From: an uncultured bacterium
GTDB lineage: Bacteria; Margulisbacteria; WOR-1; CAVSGV01
Assembly: GCA_963699255.1 (NCBI GenBank)
Contig: OY969425.1
Span: forward strand, 1,350,001 to 1,382,000
Reading direction: 5' to 3'
Length of the DNA: 32,000 nt
Shown here: positions 9,225 through 16,776 of the stretch, piece after piece
Numbering within the stretch: position 1 is the first letter of the stretch
How the letters are laid out: every line of letters starts with the position of its first letter
Translations under genes and position numbers: made by a program
The notes under the pieces: generated by a model
Told to the model about the DNA's origin: nothing
Database searches by the model: none
What the model saw: only the letters and a program-made list of their open reading frames with translations

Positions 9225-9466
9225 CCGATGTCGGCTCGCCAAGGGCTGTAAACGAGTCAAAGGTAAAACACACAAAGAAGATCCGTCACGATTCAAAAAT
9301 GTGCGTTTTCTTTAAGGATATGGAATGCCGGATCCCTGTTTGTGACCTAAAAGCCTGCGAAAAATGCAACGAAGGATATGTTTACTGCACCAGGGTGAAC
9401 TTTATCAAAAATATGCTCCAAAAGATCTTTCTGTTTCTGCTGATGTTCATCATTTTTACTGATTGA
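9197..9466 (+). CDS. Small Cys-rich protein with a short hydrophobic C-terminal tail
   Basis: 89 aa. GTG start with SD GAGGAA 5 nt upstream, 11 nt after the preceding stop. Six Cys fall within 29 residues (C36, C44, C49, C54, C57, C64, including a C-x4-C-x2-C run). The C-terminus is IFLFLLMFIIF. Confidence 0.4.
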   Translation: MAMENIEQVADVGSPRAVNESKVKHTKKIRHDSKMCVFFKDMECRIPVCDLKACEKCNEGYVYCTRVNFIKNMLQKIFLFLLMFIIFTD

Positions 9467-9492
9467 TCCGACGTCTGCGGCAAAACCCTTCC

Positions 9493-10542
9493 CTATCTTC
9501 TGAATATCCTGAAGATGTCATTAACCGTCAAAACGGCCATTAGCGCCAGCAATAGGGTTAACCCTACCTGATGGATCTTATTTTCCAGTTCAATGTCGAC
9601 GGCTTTTTTTCTGATGCCTTCTATCACAATGAATACAAGCCTTCCTCCGTCGAGAGCCGGGATCGGCAAAAGATTTATCAGCCCGAGGTTTATGCTCAAA
9701 AAAGCCGTGAACGAAAGCAGGGGTACGAACCCCTCTCCTGCCACCTGCCCTGTGAATTGAGCTATGCCGACCGGCCCGGCAAGATCAAGGACGGATACTT
9801 TTCCGATGATCAGAAGAAAAAGCGTGTAAAGGATGACTATTGAGGTCGCGACCACCTGTTTCAAGCTTTCATACAGCGCAAGCAGCGGATTTGTTCTGAC
9901 ATATATCGGTTTAAGCGAAAATCCCATAAGCCCTATTTTCAATCTTTTGTTAAGCTGCGGGACAGCGTTGATCTTCAGCATCTTGCCGCTCCTGTCGATG
10001 GCCAAGACAAGTGTTTTCCCGGCGCTTTTATGGATCTGGTCGACCGCCTCGGCCATACTGGAGATTTTCTTCCCTGATAAGGCTATTATCTTGTCGCCCG
10101 GCTTTATGCCCGCTTTATCCGCGATGGAGGCCGGAACAACGGTAGATATCTCGTTCGAGATATCTTTCGGCACGCCCGTGAATACGAACATTACATAAAA
10201 AATAATGAAGGCAAGCAGGATGTTGAATGCCGGGCCTCCAAAAATGGAAAGGAACTTCTGCTTTGGCGTCTTGCTCAGATAACTTTCTTCCGTGGAATAT
10301 TTATCATCCTTCATCTCTTCTTCAGGGTTCGTGCCCGCTATGCGGATGAATCCCGCGATCGGAAAAAGGTTCAACGTATAAAGCGTCCCCTCTTTCACAA
10401 AACCGAACAGCCTGGGACCGAACCCCAGTCCAAGCTCAAGGATCTTTATGCCAGCCCGGCGGGAAAAGACATAATGGCCGAATTCGTGTGCCAGTGTGAC
10501 CACGCCGAATACTACAATGAAGGAAATTATGGATATCAACAT
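9493..10542 (-). CDS. rseP: Site-2 (M50) intramembrane zinc metalloprotease RseP with one PDZ domain
   Basis: 349 aa. HEFGHY is the HExxH motif in TM1, there is a central PDZ-like segment (IKPGDKIIALSG), and the C-terminal motif is LNLLPIPALDGG. Confidence 0.9.
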   Translation of the reverse strand: MLISIISFIVVFGVVTLAHEFGHYVFSRRAGIKILELGLGFGPRLFGFVKEGTLYTLNLFPIAGFIRIAGTNPEEEMKDDKYSTEESYLSKTPKQKFLSIFGGPAFNILLAFIIFYVMFVFTGVPKDISNEISTVVPASIADKAGIKPGDKIIALSGKKISSMAEAVDQIHKSAGKTLVLAIDRSGKMLKINAVPQLNKRLKIGLMGFSLKPIYVRTNPLLALYESLKQVVATSIVILYTLFLLIIGKVSVLDLAGPVGIAQFTGQVAGEGFVPLLSFTAFLSINLGLINLLPIPALDGGRLVFIVIEGIRKKAVDIELENKIHQVGLTLLLALMAVLTVNDIFRIFRR

Positions 10543-11213
10543 TACCTGAGCGCTGCCTCCTCGATCTTATTTGCCACCTCGAGAGCGGATAATCCATCCT
10601 CCCCCGTAACTGACGGTTTTATTTTTCTGATGATCGAATCCACAAAGTCCTTCAGCTCATGGTTGAGCTGGTCAAAAGGCTCTATCACGATGGTTTTTGA
10701 ACTTCCTGCGGATGACACCTTCAGGCTCCTGTTAAGAAGGTCCGCCTCATAGCTCTCTTTCCTGCCTGCAGCGATGAGTTTTCTGACCTTTTCGCCGTGC
10801 ACCCTGCTCGCGCTGATATTGGCAATTACGCCGTTCTTAAAGACCAGGACCGCTGACGCCTGGTCGAGCCTGTCGGTCTTTACTTTTTTGCCAACAGCGT
10901 TTAACTGTTTAACTTCGGATTTCGAAAGCTTTATCGCGAGATCTATATCATGTATCATCATATCGATTACGCATGAAACGTCGGTTATCCTGGCGGGAAA
11001 AGGCGAGAACCTGTTGATGTCTATTATGTCGGGGACATTTTTCCCAAGGCGGGCAACAAGCACCACATATGCCGGATTGAACCTTTCTATATGCCCGACC
11101 GCAAGGACTCGCTTTTCAGACTTTGCCTTATCGATCAGTTTTTTCCCTTGATCAACGGTGACCGAGATCGGTTTTTCAATGAGAACGTGGCGTCCGGCAT
11201 CAAGCGCAGCCAT
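10542..11213 (-). CDS. Gfo/Idh/MocA-family sugar oxidoreductase, C-terminal 223 aa; the N-terminal Rossmann part lies in another frame upstream (see finding)
   Basis: The ORF starts mid-domain at MAALDAGRHVLIEKP, the conserved EKP motif. The same frame stays open upstream to 11330 and reads ...KFFSDYDELLNAVEAVSITTPTSTHFDAG. The Rossmann start MKRVKVGVVGCGVMGG is at 11434 in the aminotransferase frame. TAATG overlap with rseP. Confidence 0.8.
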   Translation of the reverse strand: MAALDAGRHVLIEKPISVTVDQGKKLIDKAKSEKRVLAVGHIERFNPAYVVLVARLGKNVPDIIDINRFSPFPARITDVSCVIDMMIHDIDLAIKLSKSEVKQLNAVGKKVKTDRLDQASAVLVFKNGVIANISASRVHGEKVRKLIAAGRKESYEADLLNRSLKVSSAGSSKTIVIEPFDQLNHELKDFVDSIIRKIKPSVTGEDGLSALEVANKIEEAALR

Positions 11214-11260
11214 GCCGGCATCAAAATGTGTTGATGTTGGGGTTGTGATCGAAACAGCCT

Positions 11261-12532
11261 CTACGGCATTGAGCAGCTCATCGTAGTCGCTGAAGAATTT
11301 GGTCCCTGCGGCGCCCTGGACGGATCGATATCATATACCCCTACTATATCGACTTCAGGAATGCTGCCGTACTGCTTAAGATGGAAGCCGCCCATGACCC
11401 CGCAACCTACGACCCCGACTTTAACGCGTTTCATTTTCCGGTAGAATTCCTTGATGGCTACCGCGACCTCGGTGATCTGGGGCTCCGTCAGTTCCGGGAA
11501 GATCGGAAGGGAGAGAACCTCCTCCTGCGCCTTCTCGCAGTTAGGCATATCCCCTTTCTTATATCCGAGGTTTTCATAGACCTTCTGAAGGTGAAGCGCC
11601 AGCGGATAATAAATCATTGCGCCTATGCCCTTCGTTTTTAAATATTCCTGGAGTTTGTTCCTGTCCTTTGCCCTTACCGTGTATTGATTATAAACATGTC
11701 TCACGTTCGCGTATTCTTTCGGCGTTTCAACCGTTCCGGATATTAATTTGTTATACAAACCCGCGTTCTTTCTTCTTGCTTCCATCCAGGTCTCAAGGTG
11801 ATTCAGTTTTACCCTCAATACCGCGGCCTGGATCTCATCGAGCCGGCTGTTAAGGCCGACCATGTCATAATGATATGTCGTTCTGCTGCCATGCCCTCTT
11901 AATACTCTGACCGTATTGTAAATGTTTTCGTCGTTGGTGATGACCATTCCGCCGTCGCCGAAGCCCCCGAGGTTCTTCGTTGGGAAAAAGGAAAGGCATC
12001 CCGCGTCACCGATCGTAGATACGTGGCTGCCATGATATTTGGCCCCTATGGCCTGGCAGGAGTCCTCTATTACCTTCAGGTTGTGTCGTTTTGCCTCCTC
12101 CATTATCGGGTCCATGTCCGCCGCCTGGCCGAAAAGGTGGACGGGGATTATCGCTTTTGTTCTTTTGTTGATCTTTGCCTTGATCCTGGCGGGGTCAATA
12201 TTGAAGGTTCCGGGATCTATGTCAACGAACACGGGTTTTGCCCCGACTAAAGAGATAACTCCGGCGGTAGCAATGAAGGTGAATGGCGTCGTTATGACCT
12301 CATCGTCTCTTCCTACGCCGGCAGCTCTGAGGGCGAGATGGATGGCGTCCGTGCCGGATGCGACACCCACGGCGTATTTCGAGCCGTGGTACGCGGCTGC
12401 TTCTTTTTCGAGTTCGGCAACATTGGGCCCGAGGATGAACTGGGCGCTGTCCACAACGGCCGCTATCGCGGCATCGATCTCTTTGCGGATCTTAGAGTTT
12501 TGTATCTTTAGGTCAAAAAATGGAACAGACAT
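11261..12532 (-). CDS. DegT/DnrJ/EryC1-family PLP-dependent sugar aminotransferase (about aa 1-366) running without a stop into the oxidoreductase N-terminus
   Basis: MSVPFFDLKIQNSKIRKEIDAAIAAVVDSAQFILGPNVAELEKE...GVASGTDAIHLALRA...FFPTKNLGGFGDGG is the DegT signature including the PLP-lysine region. The tail KMKRVKVGVVGCGVMGGFHLKQY is a Rossmann dinucleotide-binding motif. Confidence 0.9.
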   Translation of the reverse strand: MSVPFFDLKIQNSKIRKEIDAAIAAVVDSAQFILGPNVAELEKEAAAYHGSKYAVGVASGTDAIHLALRAAGVGRDDEVITTPFTFIATAGVISLVGAKPVFVDIDPGTFNIDPARIKAKINKRTKAIIPVHLFGQAADMDPIMEEAKRHNLKVIEDSCQAIGAKYHGSHVSTIGDAGCLSFFPTKNLGGFGDGGMVITNDENIYNTVRVLRGHGSRTTYHYDMVGLNSRLDEIQAAVLRVKLNHLETWMEARRKNAGLYNKLISGTVETPKEYANVRHVYNQYTVRAKDRNKLQEYLKTKGIGAMIYYPLALHLQKVYENLGYKKGDMPNCEKAQEEVLSLPIFPELTEPQITEVAVAIKEFYRKMKRVKVGVVGCGVMGGFHLKQYGSIPEVDIVGVYDIDPSRAPQGPNSSATTMSCSMP

Positions 12533-12542
12533 AATAGAGGGT

Positions 12543-12551
12543 CATTATATC
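12543..12551 (-). promoter_or_regulatory. Possible extended -10 promoter element (TGATATAAT) for the aminotransferase gene
   Basis: The minus strand reads TGATATAAT ending 10 nt before the ATG at 12532. No SD follows, which would imply a near-leaderless transcript. Confidence 0.3.
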
Positions 12552-12574
12552 AAAATCCGGGGGGTTGGGCAAGA

Positions 12575-14143
12575 TTAAGGATTGCTGACTTCTTTTTTCA
12601 ATGCCTCCAATATTTCCACCATCGTCATCGTGTCCTGTCCGCAGTATTTCTCAAGGTCAGCCCTTACCTTCGCTTTTTCATCTTCAGCAACATCTTTGAA
12701 AGTAACATCCATGTACCTCTTCATCGCCTCCCCGCCTTCGCCTATGCCCAGGCCTTTATAAGGATCCCGGCCTATCAGTGGTGGGGACACTTCCTTTATA
12801 GAAGTGCTTCCCTCCTGCTTGGGGTTGTAATAATAGAACTTATCGAATGGCTCCTCAAGGTCGATAAAACGGCCTTCTATATTACTGTTGAACCAATCCT
12901 CATATTCAGGGTCGCCTAAAGAAGCTTCTTTGATGCGATCCCTTTCAAAGGTCATGTTGTATGCGACTATCGAGCCAACACTGCCGAGCAACTTCTTAAG
13001 GCGCAACAGGATCTCGGGCCTGGGGTCCACATCCCCCGGAGCTAAATAACTGTAGTGCTCCGGTTTTTCACCTTTTTTCTTCACTATGTGCAATGAGAAC
13101 TGGAACGGGATCTGCTGGTATGAATGGGAATTTGAGTAAATGGGCACCGCAGCAGAGATCGTTTCAAAATCAAGGAAATAAATGGGATACTTTATCTTTT
13201 TCAGGAACCCCGACAGCAATTTGGGCTTTTTCTTTGGCTCCCTGTCCCTGTGCGCTTCTATCTGCATCCGCTTGGGATCCTTGATGTCGGCAGTAAGCGG
13301 GATGTCGCCTATCTTAAATATCTTTTTCTCGAGCATCTCAAAACGCAGGCCTTCCCTGTCCATCCTGAGGCGCATGACATTCCCTTCCTTGGGAAGCCCG
13401 AGCTCATCTTCACAGTACTTATCAAGTTTGCACCCCTTGCAGTACCGCCCGAGTTTTATGGTGGGCGCTTTTTTTTCGTTGAGGATGCTGAGCAGGTATT
13501 CAATGTTGTTTTCAACATGCGGGACCTGCGCGTCTATTCCGGAGCGGATCTTATCAATGATATCTTTATCGAGCTCCTCGGCTGGCTTGATAAGCTCGCT
13601 AAGCAGCAGCTCCTCGCCGTCGTAAACATATTCCCTGTTGAGGTGCATTATGCTGAAACTCCGTACCTTTATCCCAGCGCCGGCGTAAACGTATATCTGA
13701 AAAGCAACATCAGTAAAAAAATAATTTATCCTGCCGCTAAGGAAGGTGTTAATGGATTTGTTTTCAATCAAGGTGGATGCCTTTACCTCGTAAAGCTCCC
13801 ACTGGTCCTTTTCGGAGGGCAGCAGGATGTCCGCAAGTGCATAGCCGTTCTTATAAATAAAACCCGCCTCAAAAAGCGGTTTGCGCAGACCCAGCGCCTC
13901 AATGGACCTCCTGTGCATCACATCAGGGTCAAGCGCTCTGTCTATCCTTATGCCGTCAGGAAAAAGTTCCCTAGCCTTCTCACCAACAAGCAGTCCATCA
14001 TCCATCCTTATTCTGTCGACAGCCGTGTCCGGGGGAATAACCGACGAATCGTTCACCTCAAACCAGAGGAACTTTGGACATCGCACGCCGGTTAAATAAC
14101 GCGATTTTGATATGTATCTTTTCGGATTGTTCATTTCACTCAA
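12575..14143 (-). CDS. DUF2779-like protein: N-terminal Cas4/RecB-type PD-(D/E)xK nuclease with a 4-Cys cluster plus a C-terminal DEDDy-type exonuclease-like domain
   Basis: 522 aa. Nuclease motifs are D105, E119-V-K121 (LYEVKAS) and Q149-x3-Y153. The Cys residues are C22 plus C235-x2-C238-x5-C244. C-terminal motifs are YFLDFETIS (D325-x-E327), AYNMTFERD (about aa 400) and Y500-CGQ-D504. TTG start with SD AAGGAGA 7 nt upstream. Confidence 0.8.
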   Translation of the reverse strand: MSEMNNPKRYISKSRYLTGVRCPKFLWFEVNDSSVIPPDTAVDRIRMDDGLLVGEKARELFPDGIRIDRALDPDVMHRRSIEALGLRKPLFEAGFIYKNGYALADILLPSEKDQWELYEVKASTLIENKSINTFLSGRINYFFTDVAFQIYVYAGAGIKVRSFSIMHLNREYVYDGEELLLSELIKPAEELDKDIIDKIRSGIDAQVPHVENNIEYLLSILNEKKAPTIKLGRYCKGCKLDKYCEDELGLPKEGNVMRLRMDREGLRFEMLEKKIFKIGDIPLTADIKDPKRMQIEAHRDREPKKKPKLLSGFLKKIKYPIYFLDFETISAAVPIYSNSHSYQQIPFQFSLHIVKKKGEKPEHYSYLAPGDVDPRPEILLRLKKLLGSVGSIVAYNMTFERDRIKEASLGDPEYEDWFNSNIEGRFIDLEEPFDKFYYYNPKQEGSTSIKEVSPPLIGRDPYKGLGIGEGGEAMKRYMDVTFKDVAEDEKAKVRADLEKYCGQDTMTMVEILEALKKEVSNP

Positions 14144-14219
14144 ATAATATTCTCCTTGCCTAGCGAAAGCAAGCTCCGAAGCATGGGGGCCCAGGATCCT
14201 CTTGCCGTAATTAATAATG

Positions 14220-14237
14220 TATAGTAATATTACTATA
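14220..14237. promoter_or_regulatory. 18-bp perfect palindrome, candidate operator
   Basis: TATAGTAATATTACTATA ends 1 nt before the ATG of the AbrB-like ORF. It lies in the divergent intergenic region shared with the DUF2779 gene. Confidence 0.35.
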
Positions 14238-14238
14238 T

Positions 14239-14427
14239 ATGGGCTACCCCACGAAGATGCAGGCGATAAAAAGAGGTAGAAGCTGGCAGTGGTTCATTAA
14301 TTTTCCCGCCGCCATTGCCGCAGCGATGGGGTTCAACAAATCTGAAGTGGTTGAGTGGGAGATCGTAGACAGGAACACGCTTAAGCTAAAAAGAGGAAAA
14401 CAAAAACCCTCAAGAAGAAATCAATGA
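14239..14427 (+). CDS. Small AbrB/SpoVT/MazE-like DNA-binding protein (putative)
   Basis: 62 aa. KRGRSWQWFINFPAAIAAAMGFNKSEVVEWEIVDRNTLKLKR resembles the swapped-hairpin pattern (x-G-x-S-xx-hxhP-xxhxxxhGh-xx-G/S-x-V-x-h-x-h). It has a basic C-terminal tail and no SD. Confidence 0.5.
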   Translation: MGYPTKMQAIKRGRSWQWFINFPAAIAAAMGFNKSEVVEWEIVDRNTLKLKRGKQKPSRRNQ

Positions 14428-14468
14428 ACGATGATGATGAGCCGGCCAAAATAATGAACGCCCGGTAG

Positions 14469-15320
14469 TTATAGTGAAGCTGTCTTCTGTGCAGCCTTCA
14501 AAGTATTTTTTAGAAGCATCGCTATCGTCATTGGCCCTACCCCTCCTGGCACCGGCGTAATGAAGCCCGCAACATCTTTTACTTTTTCAAAATCCACATC
14601 GCCGGACAGGCCCGCGGAAGTTCTGACCGTTCCAACGTCGATGACTATCGCGCCCGGCTTCACCATGTCGGCCGTGATCAGCTTTTGTTTTCCGATCGCG
14701 GTTACAAGTATATCGGCCTGCTTTGTCACCGACCCCAGATCGATCGTTCTTGAGTGGCATTGAGTAACGGTTGCGTTTTCCCTTAGCAGTAAAATAGCCA
14801 CCGGTTTGCCGACCAGGTTGCTGCGCCCGACGACAACAGCCCTCTTTCCCTTTATCTCGATGCCTGTCAAGCGTATCAAATCCAAAACTCCCTGCGGAGT
14901 GCACGGAACCAGAGGGTCCCCTTCCCCTTTTACAAGCAGTCCCATGTTCTGTATTCCAAGGCCATCGACATCTTTTGAAGACGATACAGAATTAATGACA
15001 TTTTCTTCAGATATCTGGTCAGGCATAGGCAGTTGGACAAGTATCCCATGAACGCTTTTATCTTTGTTGAGTTGTTCAACAAGTCTGATGATATCTGATT
15101 CTTTTGTATTGGCCGGCAGTTTGTGGGTTTCTGAAAGGATGCCCACATCAGCGCAAGCCTTTTCCTTATTAGAAACATAGATGTGAGAAGCCGGGTCGTC
15201 CCCAACAAGAACCACGGTGAGCTTAGGGTTAACACCCTTCGCTTTAAGGCTAGAAACGTCACTTTTCAGCGCCTCTCTTATCTGTTTAGCCCTTGCTTTG
15301 CCATCAATTATTTGCCCCAT
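14469..15320 (-). CDS. folD: Bifunctional methylenetetrahydrofolate dehydrogenase/methenyl-THF cyclohydrolase FolD
   Basis: 283 aa. IIDGKARAKQIR...LVGDDPASHIYVSNKEKAC...GILVQLPMP...TPVPGGVGPMTIAMLL. Confidence 0.95.
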   Translation of the reverse strand: MGQIIDGKARAKQIREALKSDVSSLKAKGVNPKLTVVLVGDDPASHIYVSNKEKACADVGILSETHKLPANTKESDIIRLVEQLNKDKSVHGILVQLPMPDQISEENVINSVSSSKDVDGLGIQNMGLLVKGEGDPLVPCTPQGVLDLIRLTGIEIKGKRAVVVGRSNLVGKPVAILLLRENATVTQCHSRTIDLGSVTKQADILVTAIGKQKLITADMVKPGAIVIDVGTVRTSAGLSGDVDFEKVKDVAGFITPVPGGVGPMTIAMLLKNTLKAAQKTASL

Positions 15321-15323
15321 TGG

Positions 15324-15345
15324 TTATCCACACCTCTTATCCACC
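15324..15345 (+). promoter_or_regulatory. Tandem DnaA boxes directly upstream of folD
   Basis: TTATCCACA (15324-15332, perfect consensus) and TTATCCACC (15337-15345, 8/9), 4 nt apart, starting 4 nt upstream of the folD ATG. Confidence 0.6.
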
Positions 15346-15372
15346 TGTGTATATGTATTTTAGCCTCTAAAA

Positions 15373-15388
15373 TGTTTCACGTGAAACA
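15373..15388. other. parS centromere-like site (ParB/Spo0J binding site)
   Basis: TGTTTCACGTGAAACA is a perfect palindromic match to the parS consensus TGTTNCACGTGAAACA. The palindrome extends to 20 bp (15371-15390). It lies 5 nt after the mnmE stop. Confidence 0.8.
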
Positions 15389-15392
15389 TTGT

Positions 15393-16760
15393 CTATTTTC
15401 CGACACAAAAACTCTCAAATATCCTTTCGATCAATTCATCGGTTACAACTTCGCCGGTTACTTCACCCAGGGCAGCGATGGCACCTTTCAGATCGATCGA
15501 CACGAAATCCCCCTGCATCCGCGTTTCCACAGACTCAAGACATTTTTGAAGACAATCCTTTGCCTTGAGCAGGGACTCTTTCTGCCTTAAGTTTACCATT
15601 ACTTCCGCATTCTCCGCCACTACATTATTTGATATTATTGTGTCAAATATCACTTTCTCAAGTTCCCTCACTCCATTGCCGTCCAACGCGGAAACTTCGA
15701 CAGCCTGTTCATTGCCAGTCTTCTTTAAAACATCCTGTATATTAAGTACATTGGGAAGATCGCGCTTATTGAGCACGATTATCCTCCTTATTCCCTTTGT
15801 TTTATCCATCAAGTCCAGATCCTCAACGGAAAGCGCCTGTGATATGTCCAGGAGCAAAAGCACTATATCTGCCCCCTCTATGGCCTTCAAAGCTCTGTTG
15901 ATGCCTATCTTTTCCGTCTTGCTCTCGGTGTGCCTTATTCCTGCAGTATCAAGAACTCTGGCAGGCACCCCCATTATATTAAGGGTTTCTTCAATGACAT
16001 CCCTTGTTGTGCCCGGTTCTTCCGTGACAATAGCCCTTTCCTCCCTGGCCAATGCGTTAAGAAGACTGGATTTCCCAACGTTTGGCTTGCCGGCTATTGC
16101 AATAGATATGCCCTCCCGGTATATTTTGCCAAGGGCGGCGGTATCGATCAGTTTTTCTATTGTAATAGCGGTAGATTCAATTAACTTTTTTGCCTTATCG
16201 CAATTAACGTCCGGCATCTCGTCAGGAAAGTCTATAGAGGCTTCGATCTCGGCAAGGAGACTTAAAAGTCCATTCCTTGCTTCCTTTATCATCGAGGACA
16301 GCGAACCCTTAAGTTGAGAAGCTGCAAGAAGGGAGCCTTCCCTGGTCTTAGCCTTTATGAGATCAATTACTGCTTCCGCCTGGGCAAGGTCGAGCTTTCC
16401 ATTCAAAAACGCCCTTTTCGTGAACTCGCCGCGATTGGCGATACTCGCTCCTGCTTTAACTGCCAACCCAAGCACGTTCTTAAGCACTGTTCCTCCGCCA
16501 TGGCAGCTGATCTCAATTACATCCTCGCCCGTGTAACTTCTGGGAGATGCCATATATGAGACAACTACCTGATCCACCATCCTAGAGTTATCCACAACCC
16601 AGCCATGTCGAATTTGGTGGCTTTTGAAGTCGCCTTTTGATGAAGGCATGAAGATGGATTTAATGATGCCAAGGGAGTCCGGCCCGCTGATCCTTACAAC
16701 GCCTATTCCGGCCTCACCGCCAAGAGGCGTGGCTATCGCCACAATGGTGTCAGGGTGCAC
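15393..16760 (-). CDS. mnmE: tRNA modification GTPase MnmE (TrmE)
   Basis: 455 aa. DTIVAIATP..., the G-domain GKPNVGKSSLLNAL / DTAGIR / LNKRDL, and the C-terminal FCVGK motif. Confidence 0.95.
   Translation of the reverse strand: MHPDTIVAIATPLGGEAGIGVVRISGPDSLGIIKSIFMPSSKGDFKSHQIRHGWVVDNSRMVDQVVVSYMASPRSYTGEDVIEISCHGGGTVLKNVLGLAVKAGASIANRGEFTKRAFLNGKLDLAQAEAVIDLIKAKTREGSLLAASQLKGSLSSMIKEARNGLLSLLAEIEASIDFPDEMPDVNCDKAKKLIESTAITIEKLIDTAALGKIYREGISIAIAGKPNVGKSSLLNALAREERAIVTEEPGTTRDVIEETLNIMGVPARVLDTAGIRHTESKTEKIGINRALKAIEGADIVLLLLDISQALSVEDLDLMDKTKGIRRIIVLNKRDLPNVLNIQDVLKKTGNEQAVEVSALDGNGVRELEKVIFDTIISNNVVAENAEVMVNLRQKESLLKAKDCLQKCLESVETRMQGDFVSIDLKGAIAALGEVTGEVVTDELIERIFESFCVGK
16588..16596 (+). 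promoter_or_regulatory. Perfect DnaA-box 9-mer inside mnmE coding sequence
   Basis: TTATCCACA. Confidence 0.35.
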
Positions 16761-16776
16761 CTATATCCTCCTTAGG

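Noticed and set aside
11264-11330. Programmed ribosomal frameshift as the explanation for the oxidoreductase frame change
   Set aside because: There is no X-XXY-YYZ slippery heptamer or obvious downstream stimulatory structure in the overlap window. A GC-run indel (assembly error or mutation) is the simpler explanation.
13182-14099. + strand ORFs of 281 aa (13250-14095), 147 aa (13182-13625) and 72 aa (13881-14099) opposite the DUF2779 gene
   Set aside because: They are antisense shadows. The minus-strand frame carries coherent nuclease motifs, while the + frames are Ser/Leu/Phe-rich with no motifs.
14239-14427. AbrB/MazE-like ORF as the antitoxin of a type II toxin-antitoxin pair
   Set aside because: No co-oriented toxin-sized ORF follows it. 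The next gene is convergent folD, 41 nt away. A regulator role for the divergent nuclease gene fits better.
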